A stretch of 55,286 bases of DNA, the filler included, from Sphacelaria rigidula (taxonomy: Eukaryota), in NCBI GenBank assembly GCA_964200075.2. It is 5 parts of 5 records of this genome, joined end to end, with 100 filler letters (N's around TTAATTAATTAA, not from the genome) between each part and the next. Parts side by side here need not be neighbours in the genome. Positions count along the whole stretch, not along the records: positions 22,157 to 33,133 come from CAXNAA020005592.1; positions 33,234 to 44,210 come from CAXNAA020005593.1; 3 more parts are not named here. One strand, 5' to 3'. The number at the start of each line of letters is the position of its first letter. Position 1 is the stretch's first letter. The translations under genes and the position numbers were made by a program. The notes under the pieces are model-generated. The model had not been told where the DNA came from, ran no database searches, and saw only the letters and a program-made list of their open reading frames with translations. Below, piece after piece: positions 24,597 to 35,535 of the stretch.

Positions 24597-24954
24597 GGTG
24601 TGTGTGTTGTGTGTGATTGTTGTTATCTCATCTAATCTGAACACCAGACTGCACCTTTCGGTTTATGTGGGCGCATCAGCCGGGATAACACAAGCGTTTT
24701 TTTCTTTTTTCATTTTTTCTAGTACTCTGTTTTCCCCCTGCGGTGCTTGCCTTATTTTTATCGCGCGAAGGGTTCAGCAGTTCCTTTCCCTCGTCGACCG
24801 TGAATTTGAATTTTGTTTACCCACGACATAGTCGCTCTCCACTGCTGGGCATGATATGAGAAAAATCCCAGATCGTGTGACTGCACCGAGATTCGAACCC
24901 AAGTCCCAACCATCGGAAGCTTCCAAGGCTACCAACTCAGACGCCAGGGCGACC
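24597..24954 (-). mobile_element. tRNA-derived SINE
   Basis: Minus-strand head GGTCGCCCTGGCGTCTGAGTTGGT (A-box-like) ... GGTTCGAATCTC (B box, 24890-24899), then a body and a CA-rich tail. Confidence 0.7.
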
Positions 24955-25113
24955 TGCGCAACCGTAGCTAACACCTGCGAGCGCTCTTATAGCGCGAGCG
25001 TGGGCGCTAAGGAGTATGACCAATACCGAAGAATAATGACATCGCGAAATGATGACTGAAAACAGTTTGCGGTCACTGGGCGCTGAACATGATCTGTATC
25101 TCTGCTGTCGCAG

Positions 25114-25267
25114 GTACCTACTGCCCTTTCTGGCGGTGGTGGAATCTCCCGCTACTACTGGACCGATGACTGGGGTGGCCCTTTCTTCATTGCATAAGTT
25201 TCTTTTGTATGGGTTTATACGGAAGGATTGCCCTCGTGTCAAGGAGGCGATCACACTTGTCGCGCAG
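25114..25267 (+). CDS. GBF1: GBF1-like exon (DCB)
   Basis: YLLPFLAVVESPATTGPMTGVALSSLHKFLLYGFIRKDCPRVKEAITLVAQ; CAG / GT borders. Confidence 0.9.
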
Positions 25268-28200
25268 GTGATGTGGAGGAAGGGCAGGCGGGCGGGCGGG
25301 CGGTTGAGGGTCTTCACAACCCAAGTCCGCTTTTACTCAAAGCTGTTTTCACCCCGGGCCATTTCGCTAGCCTAGCACTATGTCTCATTCTGTACGAATG
25401 GAGCTACGGGAAGCGGCGGGGGGCTTCGGGCGGAGGAAACTCTAGAAAACGCATCGAGAGTTTTTGGAGAATCATCCCTCGAGACTGGTATATGCCAGAG
25501 CGAGTCGATCGGGGACAGATGTGGTAAAGGCGACCTTATGTGTCGGGGGCTGTTGTAGCCGCTGATAACCTGTGCCATCAATGCTACCGCAGTAAGGAGA
25601 CAGTTCCATTGGTGGCTTGATCGATTTATTATTTCAATCTAATGATCCGCTACGGGCCCAGCCGTTGTCTTAACAAAAGCATGTTATCAGGGTATATGTA
25701 CGGAAACGTTCGCTGTAATAGAAAGTCAGGTAGAAGGACAAAAATGAAATACAGAAGTACAAGAGCTCAGGTAGAAGAAATACTTAAATGCGATTGTTAC
25801 ACTCGTAACCCGGGATGTATGTAACGATTGATGGGCCAGCGACGCCTATGCCGTCGTGTTGTCATGATGCCCCAAGCCCACTAAGCAAGTCACTGCCTCC
25901 TTCAACACCTGAGAAGTCTGTGATTGCGAAGATGCCGTAGAGCTTAAACCCGAACACAAGTACCACCTTCTCTGTGTCCAATTTTGCAGGCGATCAGCCG
26001 GTGTCACTTTGAGGAAACAGACCCCGACAGCGACGAGGTGGTGTTGATGAAGGTATGGTCGTTGAGGGGAGTTGCTTTACGTAGTTCTTGTTTCTTCGTG
26101 TGTGGGAGTAATTTTTCATACCCTTGTATCGCAGGAGTGTTTGTTGTGTGCACCCTATGCCATCGTCAGAGCCAGTGTGGGCTGGCCGGATTCTACCGCG
26201 AATGCAATGCTAGAAAAAACGGCAGTTTGTGTCCTCTCTACACTAGCGCTAACCTGCTGCCTCGTTTGCCCGTGTTGACGACGCCGACATGGTATGACCG
26301 ATCCGATGATGGGTGTATGACCAACAACCATTCACCGAACCGGAATCCGGGTTGGACCTGACCAAACCGCAGCTTCTGGAGCTCTCGGCCCTGTGCCTGC
26401 GGTGCGAGGTCGGGGACCTGCTGAATGACGAGAGCTGCTGGAACGTATTCTTGGCCTGCTACAATCTCTACCATGTCACCACCGATGCACGGTCATCAGG
26501 CCTGCTCCGAGATACCGCGGGCAATACTCTTGCGCATGTCGTCCTGATGCTTTTCAGCTGCGCGCGCGTGTCGCGAGCGAGGAGCCTTGCATCGGCTTCG
26601 GCAGCCGCATCCGCCGCCGCTGTCGCCGCGGCGGCATCCGATGGCAACGCAACCGATGGCACGGCCGCTGAGCTCGGGATCAATCGCCAGTCTACACATC
26701 CCGTCGGAAACAACAGCTCTCATGCAGACGGGAGCGGGACAAAACTGTCGGCGGGCGAGCTCGCCGGCACGGGGAACGGGGGGGGGGCGATGGCGGCGGC
26801 GACAGTGAAGCCGCCGAAGTTGGCATCGCCGCAAGACGAAACGGAAGAGGAGCCGTGGCCTTCCGTCGACGGTGACGGTTACGCTGCTGGTGGTAGCAGC
26901 GGGGAATCCGGCGACCGTTTCGAAGCGGCCCTGGGAGACGATAGGGCAGCACTGGAGGGTTTGAGCGGGAGTAGTCACGGCGAACGAAAAGGGATGTCTG
27001 GAAGAAATGGGGGAAAAGCGACTGTCGCGGAGTTGTCGGGGGGTGGTCGAAGGGGGCAGGGTGGAAGGGAAGAAGTCGGGGGGGCGGTTGAGGAAGTGGA
27101 GGAGAACGGGGTGTTGGTCAACGTAATGCGGTTCCTGTCGAGGCTTAGCGACCCTCGGTCCAACGGCAGCGCGGAGTGCGTGTTGGGACTTAGCTTGATA
27201 AATATTGCGCTAGAAGCGGGAGGGGCGGATCTTGGGCGGATTCCGGCTCTCGTGAGGGTTATGGGCGGCGATCTATGTAAGCACTTGCTGCAGAACAGCC
27301 AGACGGGGGACCTGGACGTGCTGAGCCTGACGTTGCGGGTGGTGTTCAATTTATTCAATTCTATCAAGGATCATCTTAAGGTCCAGCTTGAAGTATTCCT
27401 GACGAGGTAAGTGTAATGACGTGGAATGCACTGTTGCAGGGACGAAGTGCTATCTTTTATATGTTCAGCGATGTGAAAATGCTTGGGTACGAATGTGTGA
27501 GCTACTGCGACAGAGACTGCAAAATGATCGCTACGTTGTTTCGGCAATCGCATGGATCGATTGGAACGAGGCCAAAACTTTGCGTGGTAGAAATACTGGA
27601 ATATCAAGCACTGATATTTGCTTTGACCACTACCGATGACCCTCATTTTTTTCATGGGGCAATATACAAGAAAGGAGTAACGCGTTTTTTGGTTTGGGGC
27701 GCAGCGCTGCACGCTGTTTGAACACCTCGAAAACACGTTCCAGCGTCTCAGCCCCACGCATGAGGTGTCTGGGCAGCATGCCCGACCGTTTTGTTTTTTT
27801 TCCACACGTGGCACCAGGCTCAACTACTGCGCGGAAAAGGACAGCCTGTGAGAGTACCCTCTTTTGTAAACAGACCAGGATGTTTCACCTTGTTATCTGC
27901 AAAAATATATCTCTATAGTAGCCCTTTCTTGTTCACGTGTGAACCCTTGAATACTCAAGTGCATACTTTTTTTTACCCTTTTTTGTGACGTGGTGACCGT
28001 ACCGCCGGCTCCGCAGAAGATACGCCGAACAGTCACAACCATACCCATTTTTTTTGTAAAATACAGCCTGCCAAAAAGCCAAAACCCAACGACCAAGAAA
28101 TTGTAGCCCTCAGCTGATTGGCCCGCAGACCCGGAAGATCCGACGATGCAGCATATAGGACGCGAACGCTAGTGTGCCGGGGCTCACAAAGATCCAACAA

Positions 28201-29154
28201 CGTGCGTGAAAACTTGCCGACACTCACAGGCCCGAATGACATTACACATGTTCGTTGGATCTTCGTGAGCTCAGGCACACTGGCGTTCGCGTCCTGTATG
28301 CTGCATTGTCAGATCTTCCCGGTCTGCGGGCCAATCAGCTGGGGGCTACAATTTCTTGGTCGTTGGGTTTGGCTTCTTGGCAGGGTGTATTTCACAAAAA
28401 AAAATGAGTATGATTGTGACTGTTCGGCGCATCTTCTGCGGAGCCGGCGGTACCGTCACCACGTCACAAGGGTAAGAAGAGTATGCACTTGAGCATTAAA
28501 GGGTCCACACGTGAACAAGAAAGGGCTCTATATATATATATATATATTTGCAGAGAGCAGGATGATGTACCCTCCTGATTTGTTTACAAAAGAGGGTACT
28601 CTCACAGGCTGTCCTTTTTCGCGCAGTAGTTAAGCCTGGTACCACGCGTGAAAAAAAAAAAAAAAGTCAGATGTTCTGCCCAGATACCTTGCATGTGGGG
28701 CTGAGACACTGGAACATGTTTTCGAGGTGTTAAGCCCGCGTGCAGCGCCGCGCCCCAAACCGAAAGTTGTCACCATTTTTTGCTCCAAAAGCACCGCGGT
28801 GTATCCTGGTGTACCCTATTTCGTGTATGACTTTTTTTTTTTATGCCGTACACGCTCACCCTCCTCGCCCCCCTCAATTATCTGTGCGCCCCGCTGCTCA
28901 CTGGGAACGGTATAGCGTGCACTTGAGGGTGCTGGAAGGGGCGAATAACGGCCCCGAGCAGCAAGAGCTTGCTTTGGAGAGTTTGTTGGAGTTCACGAGG
29001 GAGCCGGCGCTGATGCTGGACGTGTACATTAACTACGACTGCGACGTCCAGTGCACTAATCTGTTCGAGACCATCTGCCACTCCTTGTCCAGCCATGCGA
29101 TGCCAAGGGACGGCATGGTCAGTGTGGCCTGTTGTTCTGTAGGGTTGGAGTACT

Positions 29155-29196
<42 letters not shown>

Positions 29197-32100
29197 AGTA
29201 GTAGAGTTAGTAGTGGTGATGGTCGGGGTAGCTGTTGTTGTCGTTGTGGTAGTTTTTCATGTTGGCGATAGGGCTGCTGGCGATGTGCTAGTGCTCTGTG
29301 CCTCACCTGTTCTCGACGATTGCATCAAGATCGGACAATCTGGCATTTCACGTAAAGAGGATAGCCGACCCACGAAAACCAAAACTGGATTCGCCCACCA
29401 TTCACACCACTCCACACGGGCCCCGTTGCCTCACTCCCTCTTCCTCCCCCCCCTGGTGTTCCGCCGGACTACAGGAGGTAAATGCACTCAACCGACTGGC
29501 GTTGGAAGGCGTGCTAGCCGTCATCGAGTCCATCTCCAGGCGATGTCAAGCCCTACCGCCGTCGAACCCTCGAGCCGGCTCCGCCCCTCAGTGGTCCTCA
29601 ACTCCGTTTTCCACTCCACTCCCGCCATCCTCGGGAGCGAGTATGACGAACGGCGACCCAGGAAGCTCCTCGCCCACGCCTGCAGCACCAACATCTGGCC
29701 TAGGCAATCATCCCACCTTCCCGAATCTCAACCCTCCTTCAACAACATCCACCTCGATGCCGACCTTCGCGGACCCGCACCATGGGACAGATCCGGGAAC
29801 CGATCCAGGAACCGGTGTAGACCGAACTGGATCGGTTCCTGAAAAGAAAGGCAGCAATAGTAGCAACGGCAAGCGGGGGTCGTCGTACGTTTCGATGGCC
29901 TCCGATTCGGACAGCGACCAAGATTCGGTGGGCAGTTTCGCCTACGCCTACGGACGGTCAAGTACGGGCAGCGCGGGCGTGAGCGGCGTAAACTTTGCCG
30001 GCGCTGCTTACGGCGGCGATGATGATCGAGTCAGCAAGGGTAGAACTGGGAGCGAGGGGGATGCTGCGTTGCGAGGAGGGCGCGGCCGCGCAGGTGGAGC
30101 CGGCGGGGCGGGGGACGACGAACTAGAGTGGTTGGAGAGGGCGCGCGCGAGGACGGCCGAGGTGCTGCAAGAGAGGAAGAAGATGAAGCGACGACTGGGG
30201 CTTGCAGCCGAACGATTTAATACTGGGTCGAAGGGGTGGCTGGAGTACGCGCAGGTGGTGAACGATTGCTGCGTCATTATAGCTAAGAAGAAGAAACGTC
30301 AGTGTTCAAGAACGTGGAGTTGAGGTTGTTGCTGCTGTTGCCGTTGCTGTTGCTGTTGCTGTTGTTGTTGTTGTTGTCTTTTGCTTGTTTGTTTTTCTTC
30401 GACTATATGTTGCAGTGGTATCGTGTGCTGATACAACAGTGTTTGTTCCAGATATAGCGAGCACGTCACAAACATAGTTTCTGTGTACAGCAAACCGGCG
30501 GGGAATACGTTACTCCTGCCTTCGCCGGCCAACTTTTGCGTATGAAAAGTGGCACATGCATGAAGACGAACCTTTTCATAATTGATATTCGTTCGGAGAA
30601 AAGAAATGATATTGAAGCCGTCCCCCGCGATGTCCACCCCATTTTCATGCCCTGCTGTGTTCGTGCAGGAGTTAGCTCTGATTCCCACCCCGGCTACGCC
30701 GGCGGCTACAGCAATGTTTTTGAAGCGGACGGTAATGCTGGACAAAAGCATGCTCGGGGAGTACCTCAGTCGAGGTCCCCCAGACAAGTATCCATTCAAC
30801 GCCAAGGTGAGCGTAGTCTGTTGTGGCATTCCCATGTCTCGATCCGATGAATGCGTTCATGGAATATTTGCAAGAAGCTCTTGTTTGCTGGAACCGATGT
30901 TTTTCCCGGGGAGAATCGCATTTTTATAGTAAAAAATTGCGATTCAGACATCAGACGATCAGCTTTTCGTGTCTGCCGTTATTGATGATTGATCTTTCGA
31001 TTGATCTATTGATTAATTGATTGTCGCACATCAACTGATCCCCGAAGGATCCCGCCGTTGTTGGTCATTATCCACAGTATAGACGTGTCCAAGGTGAACA
31101 AAACGGAAACACTCGCCAAAGAAAACTCTAGAAGGGGAAGCTGTTGAGGTAGATGAGCAGAGGGAGAAAACTGGATGAAGAGGAGACGAAGAAAAGGAAA
31201 GTAAGGAAAAGAGAGAACAAGAAAAAGCGGTCCCGATTAAGCGATAACTTGGTAACAGAAGGTGGGCCTAAATAAAGTATCCATGTACAGTAGAAACTAT
31301 CAGACCTGTGTAAAAGTATGATATATGTCTGTTGCGGGAATACCGCTTTAGTAACCATTAGGTTTTTTGTGTAGGAGCTGTCTCTCAATAAAGTTTGTTG
31401 ACCGACGGTAAATGGAGCTTGTTTCATCAGTGGGCACACCACTAATATTTTATTTTGTTCCACCCACTACACTGCGGTGCAATAACTACTGTGTACCGTG
31501 ACAAGTCTGTCCATCATTTCTATAACAAGTGAGTCCGTCAGTCATTACCGTATAGCCCGTCAGGCATTCCCTTTACAAGTCAGCCCGACATTTCCGTGAC
31601 AAGTCAGGCCGTCAGTTATTCCCGTAACCAGTCAGTTCGTCAGTCATTTCCCACATATTCTCGATACTCTAGCTTGAATTGACACAGTTGAAACCCACCT
31701 GTCCATTTCTGTAACAAGTGAGTCCGTCAGTCATTACCGTATAGCCCGTCAGTCATTCCCGTAACAAGCTAGCCCGACATTCCCGTGACAAGTCAGCCGT
31801 TCAGTCGTTCCCGCAACAAGTCAGTCCGTCAGTCATTCTCCAGATTTTCTCTATACTCTTGCTTGGATTGACACCGTTGAAAGCCACTTTACCTGAGCAC
31901 GACTGCTCGCTTTCTACCGTCGAGCCTGTCCTGTGGCTGCGTGCTGGCCCTGTACCTCACGCTAGTAGAAATCGTTACCCGCTTTGGTTTGCGCGGTTCA
32001 TGCTTCCCCACCTCCTCCTGCCTGGTACGCGTGCACAAGAAGCCATTTGAAGGAGCATTCGATAAAAAAAATCAAAGCGACAATGCACGTTCCAAAAGCA

Positions 32101-32389
32101 CCGCACGAAAGCTTCTCCCATTCACTGCCAGGGTAGGTCATCTGGGTGACTTGCTATTTTTTTGAAGTGAAAGTGATGCCGATTCGACAGATGACCTATC
32201 CTGGCGGTCGAAGCGTCAAGTCTGAACATTTTTTTTTCCTTCCCTGTTTGGCTCCGGTTTTCGTGGAATGTGAATATTTGCTCTAATCCGCAGGTGCTGG
32301 AGGAATACGTGAAGCTGTTTGACATGAGGGAGAAGACCTTCGTGGAGGCGTTGCGTGCCTTTCTCAAGGAGTTTCGCCTTCCTGGAGAG
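25114..32389 (+). CDS. GBF1: GBF1/GNOM-family large ARF guanine-nucleotide exchange factor (DCB, HUS and first part of Sec7 domain); partial, 7 exons
   Basis: Exons 25114-25267, 25990-26052, 26373-27406, 28916-29117, 29475-30254, 30669-30806 and 32294-32389 splice in frame with GT-AG borders. Motifs TGVALSSLHKFL, CHFEETDPDSDEVVLMK, YINYDCD (HUS box), FRLPGE (Sec7 catalytic). Confidence 0.92.
25990..26052 (+). CDS. GBF1: GBF1-like exon (DCB)
   Basis: AISRCHFEETDPDSDEVVLMK; TGCAG / GTATG borders. Confidence 0.9.
26373..27406 (+). CDS. GBF1: GBF1-like exon (DCB end to HUS)
   Basis: LLELSALCLRCEVG...LKVQLEVFLT; ends AG|GTAAGT. Confidence 0.9.
27691..28761. mobile_element. Intronic foldback (long inverted-repeat) element
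   Basis: Arms of about 515 bp (27691-28204 and 28247-28761) are reverse-complement similar throughout, with a ~42-bp loop. Confidence 0.9.
28916..29117 (+). CDS. GBF1: GBF1-like exon (HUS box)
   Basis: VHLRVLEG...LDVYINYDCDVQCTNLFETICHSL. Confidence 0.9.
29155..29192. repeat. (CAG)n microsatellite, intronic
   Basis: About 12 CAG units after the donor site. Confidence 0.9.
29475..30254 (+). CDS. GBF1: GBF1-like exon (linker to Sec7 start)
   Basis: EVNALNRLALEGVLAVIESISRRC...KKMKRRLGLAAERFNTGSKGWLEYAQ. Confidence 0.88.
30669..30806 (+). CDS. GBF1: GBF1-like exon (Sec7)
   Basis: ELALIPTPATPAATAMFLKRTVMLDKSMLGEYLSRGPPDKYPFNAK. Confidence 0.9.
31497..31887. repeat. Higher-order tandem repeat (189-bp duplication built of ~20-27-bp subunits)
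   Basis: Units start at 31515 and 31704; subunit ACAAGTCAGTCCGTCAGTCATTCCCGTA. Confidence 0.85.
32294..32389 (+). CDS. GBF1: GBF1-like exon (Sec7 catalytic motif)
   Basis: VLEEYVKLFDMREKTFVEALRAFLKEFRLPGE. Confidence 0.92.
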
Positions 32390-33133
32390 GTATACAACAC
32401 AAATAAACACACATACATATACATAAACATATGTGTGTGTGACGAAACCCCTGGGCCCCCGGTAGGTTTTGGAGAGTTACGTGTGCATGCTCGTGCTCGG
32501 CATAGGTCCCGTGTCTTCGAACGAGTGAACATTCGCTGGAACATGGCTTCATAAACCCGGCAGTCGCGATTTGCCCACGTAACTAGCTCAGTGTCTCCAG
32601 GCAACTCAATCAGTACTGTAAAATAACCGACTATGATTTTTGCCGCCGTTTGCAGAATAATGCTGACTTGTACCCCACCCATCCGTGTATCTCTGCTTCA
32701 TATTTCCCCTCACCCACTATCACGGTAACAGCAACATTTTTAGCCCTTCTCTGAATAAATGCTAATTTGTGTCGAGGCATCCCTCTTGCCTCTGGTACGC
32801 CTCCCTCCCCTTACAGGAAGAATGAGGATTCAAGTACGGGCGTCATGAAATGAACCAGGGTCATCATCCAAATCACAGCCTCGTGAGGAAGGTGTTGGTG
32901 ATGTCATTCTCCAGTAGTGTTTTTGCAAGAGAAAAACGTATCGCTTCCTCCCCCCTCCGTCCCCCTACACCAGTAACACAGCGAATCTTTTCTCTGAACA
33001 ATACCATCGCTCATCTCATTGAATTATATCCATAGAGATGTCTTCAATACCCCCCCCCCTCCTTTCTGTCTTCCCCTAAACACCACAGTGGCAGACCGTC
33101 CTACAGTTTATCGAAATTACGTATGTATGTGGA

Positions 33134-33233
33134 NNNNNNNNNNNNNNNNNNNNNNNNNNNNNNNNNNNNNNNNNNNNTTAATTAATTAANNNNNNNNNNN
33201 NNNNNNNNNNNNNNNNNNNNNNNNNNNNNNNNN
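33134..33233. other. Artificial contig linker
   Basis: N44-TTAATTAATTAA-N44. Confidence 0.98.
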
Positions 33234-35167
33234 GGTATGCTTGTTGAGGCATCTAGTATACTGATACAAAATAAGGGTAACTACACGCAAACAGGTCATA
33301 ATCGATTTCATGTGGGGAGAAGGAAATAACGCGCCAGGTGGAGGGGTATCCGCACGTCGAAACGCGGACCACCTTCCGCACGAGAAGAAGAAGCAGCAGC
33401 AGCAGCAGCAGCAGCATCTTTATTGCCAGTAGATGTGTACGGTTTGAGTTGGTTTTGAATCAGCTGGTACCGATGCTGCTGCTGCTGCTGCTGCTCTTCA
33501 TCGTAGACGGTCCGCGTTTCGAACGTACGACAACACCCACGCACCTTGCGAGTGATGGCCACTGTGCTGGACGGCGCTGGTACGTACTACCCGCCGATCG
33601 GTTCATACTTGCTTACTCGGCGAGGTTCTGGGAAAATAGCTGTGCGCATCTCTCTGGGGGAGCTGTGCACGTGGAGTGTATCTGTCTCCCACGCGTGACT
33701 ACTGCTGGTGATGAGGTGAACCCAGCGTGGCTACTGCTAGTGATCGGATCCCAACTATCTGTCCCATGAAGAGCTGAATAGCCCACTCCTTCCAACCATG
33801 TCATGTTCCTCTTCGCATTCTCACGCGAATGTCCCGCCGCTCTCACGAAAATTAATTCCCCCAACATTAATTTTCGTGAGAGTGATTTTGGGGGAGGTGA
33901 GAATGTGGCATCAACTCACAGCCAATCGGAATCATGGAAAAAAAACAAAAATCCCCAACCGTCATGGTCACTATCACTATCACGTCGCGTTCTCACTTTT
34001 TTGGACTCGATAAAACGGGCCCTTATGAGGGTAGACAGCGAATGTGTACCAGGTGTCCACCTCTACCGTAACAAAAAAAAGTGCTCGTTTTGACGCAACA
34101 GAGTTTACCAGATGGTCGGAAAAAAAAAAGAATATACTCGTTGTAGTGTTGCCCAGTGCGCTGGATCTCACCAAGTTTCGGGCCTAGCAGTGAAGATGAA
34201 ACCGCCATAAGGTATCCCCGACTGAGAAACAAATCGATACGGACTGGGCCAGCCTAAAAACGGATTTAAGCTCTAAAAGCGATATCTCAACGACACAGAC
34301 GAGTTGGGCCGTGATCCGCATATCGTATTAATCGTCCGATCAAGGGGAAGGTGTCCATCTGCTCAAAAATCTGAGCCAATTTTTCCTCGTCGAGTAAACC
34401 CCATGTACAGTAATTCCTATACCTAGCGGAGAAAGCGTCCACATTAAATCTATATGAAACCCCGAACGATCGATCAAGCGGATGATGACGATTTTTGGTG
34501 TGGACCTTCCCTGAAGCACGGGGAGACGATCGATACCCTCACTTTCACCTAATTCGTTATCTATCTCGAGAAATGGCGCACATGAGGTTCGATACTAAGA
34601 TCAGTATATTACGAGCAGAGGCAATAGATTACCTAAATCTGGATATCGCGTCTCAGTTTTTGAGAGTTGTGCTATGAAATTTGGAATGGAGAACCGCTAG
34701 TGTACACACACAACACACACACACATATAGAAAAAAAAAGCTTTTCCGGGTTTTTTCCCAGTTTTTTTTTTCATATTTTTTCGGTTTTTTAGGAGGGTTT
34801 TGAGGGGAAATGAAGATTGCTCTTGGGCCTTAACTCAATTTTTCAGCTCAATTTTTAGAATTGTTATTTGAAACTTGGCATGGAGAACGATGGAGGGTAT
34901 ATGCTGAGTAAAAAAAAAATGGGCCTGCATTTTTTTTTCTTCATATGAGATTCGGGCGTTCTCGTAAAAAAATCGTCGTTACCATACTAAAATGCCCTCA
35001 ATCAGTGAAAAATAAAATAAAACCCAACCTCACCCATTTTCTTGGTTCATCACGACCTAGCAAGGTCCCACACGAAGTTTCAACCCACAAACATCAAACG
35101 TGAGCCGATAAACGGCCTGCAAAATGCTGTTCCGAATTTCCGCCGCCTCGGTTTTTCAAATGTAAAT

Positions 35168-35535
35168 TTGCAATTTTTTTCTTGGAATTGGAAAGTGAAA
35201 TTTGGTACGGATAATGAACAGGGCATGAAGAAAAGCTGTCTGTCAGGTCCCAACGATTTTTTCTTTTCTTTTTGTGAATTAAGAGCAAAAATCAGTTTTG
35301 AGGTTTTAGTAAAATGCTCTTAACCCTTAGACCGCGAGATTAGTCTTGTGGATCATGCATACTTTATTTCACTTGAAATTGATGCCGATTCAACAGAAGG
35401 CTAACCTCGCGATCTAAGGGTTAACTCACGAAAAAAAAAAAAATCGTTGGGACCTCACAGACAGCTTTTCTTCATGCCTTGTTGATCGTCCATACCAAAT
35501 TTCACTTTCCAACTCCAAGAAAATAAAAATGCGAA
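35168..35535. repeat. Inverted repeat (~120-bp arms) within a DNA-transposon-like relic
   Basis: TCTTGGAATTGGAAAGTGAAATTTGGTA...GTCCCAACGATTTT is mirrored at 35425-35535. Confidence 0.85.
35324..35420. mobile_element. 97-bp piggyBac-type MITE
   Basis: TTAA on both sides (35320-35323 and 35421-35424); CCC...GGG ends; 24-bp TIR with 3 mismatches (CCCTTAGACCGCGAGATTAGTCTT). Confidence 0.85.

Noticed and set aside
24880..24954. Functional tRNA gene
   Set aside because: Acceptor and anticodon stems are not well formed, and it continues into a SINE-like body.
28878..29306. Poly-Leu / poly-Ala ORFs
   Set aside because: Produced by an intronic CAG microsatellite and antisense overlap with a GBF1 exon.
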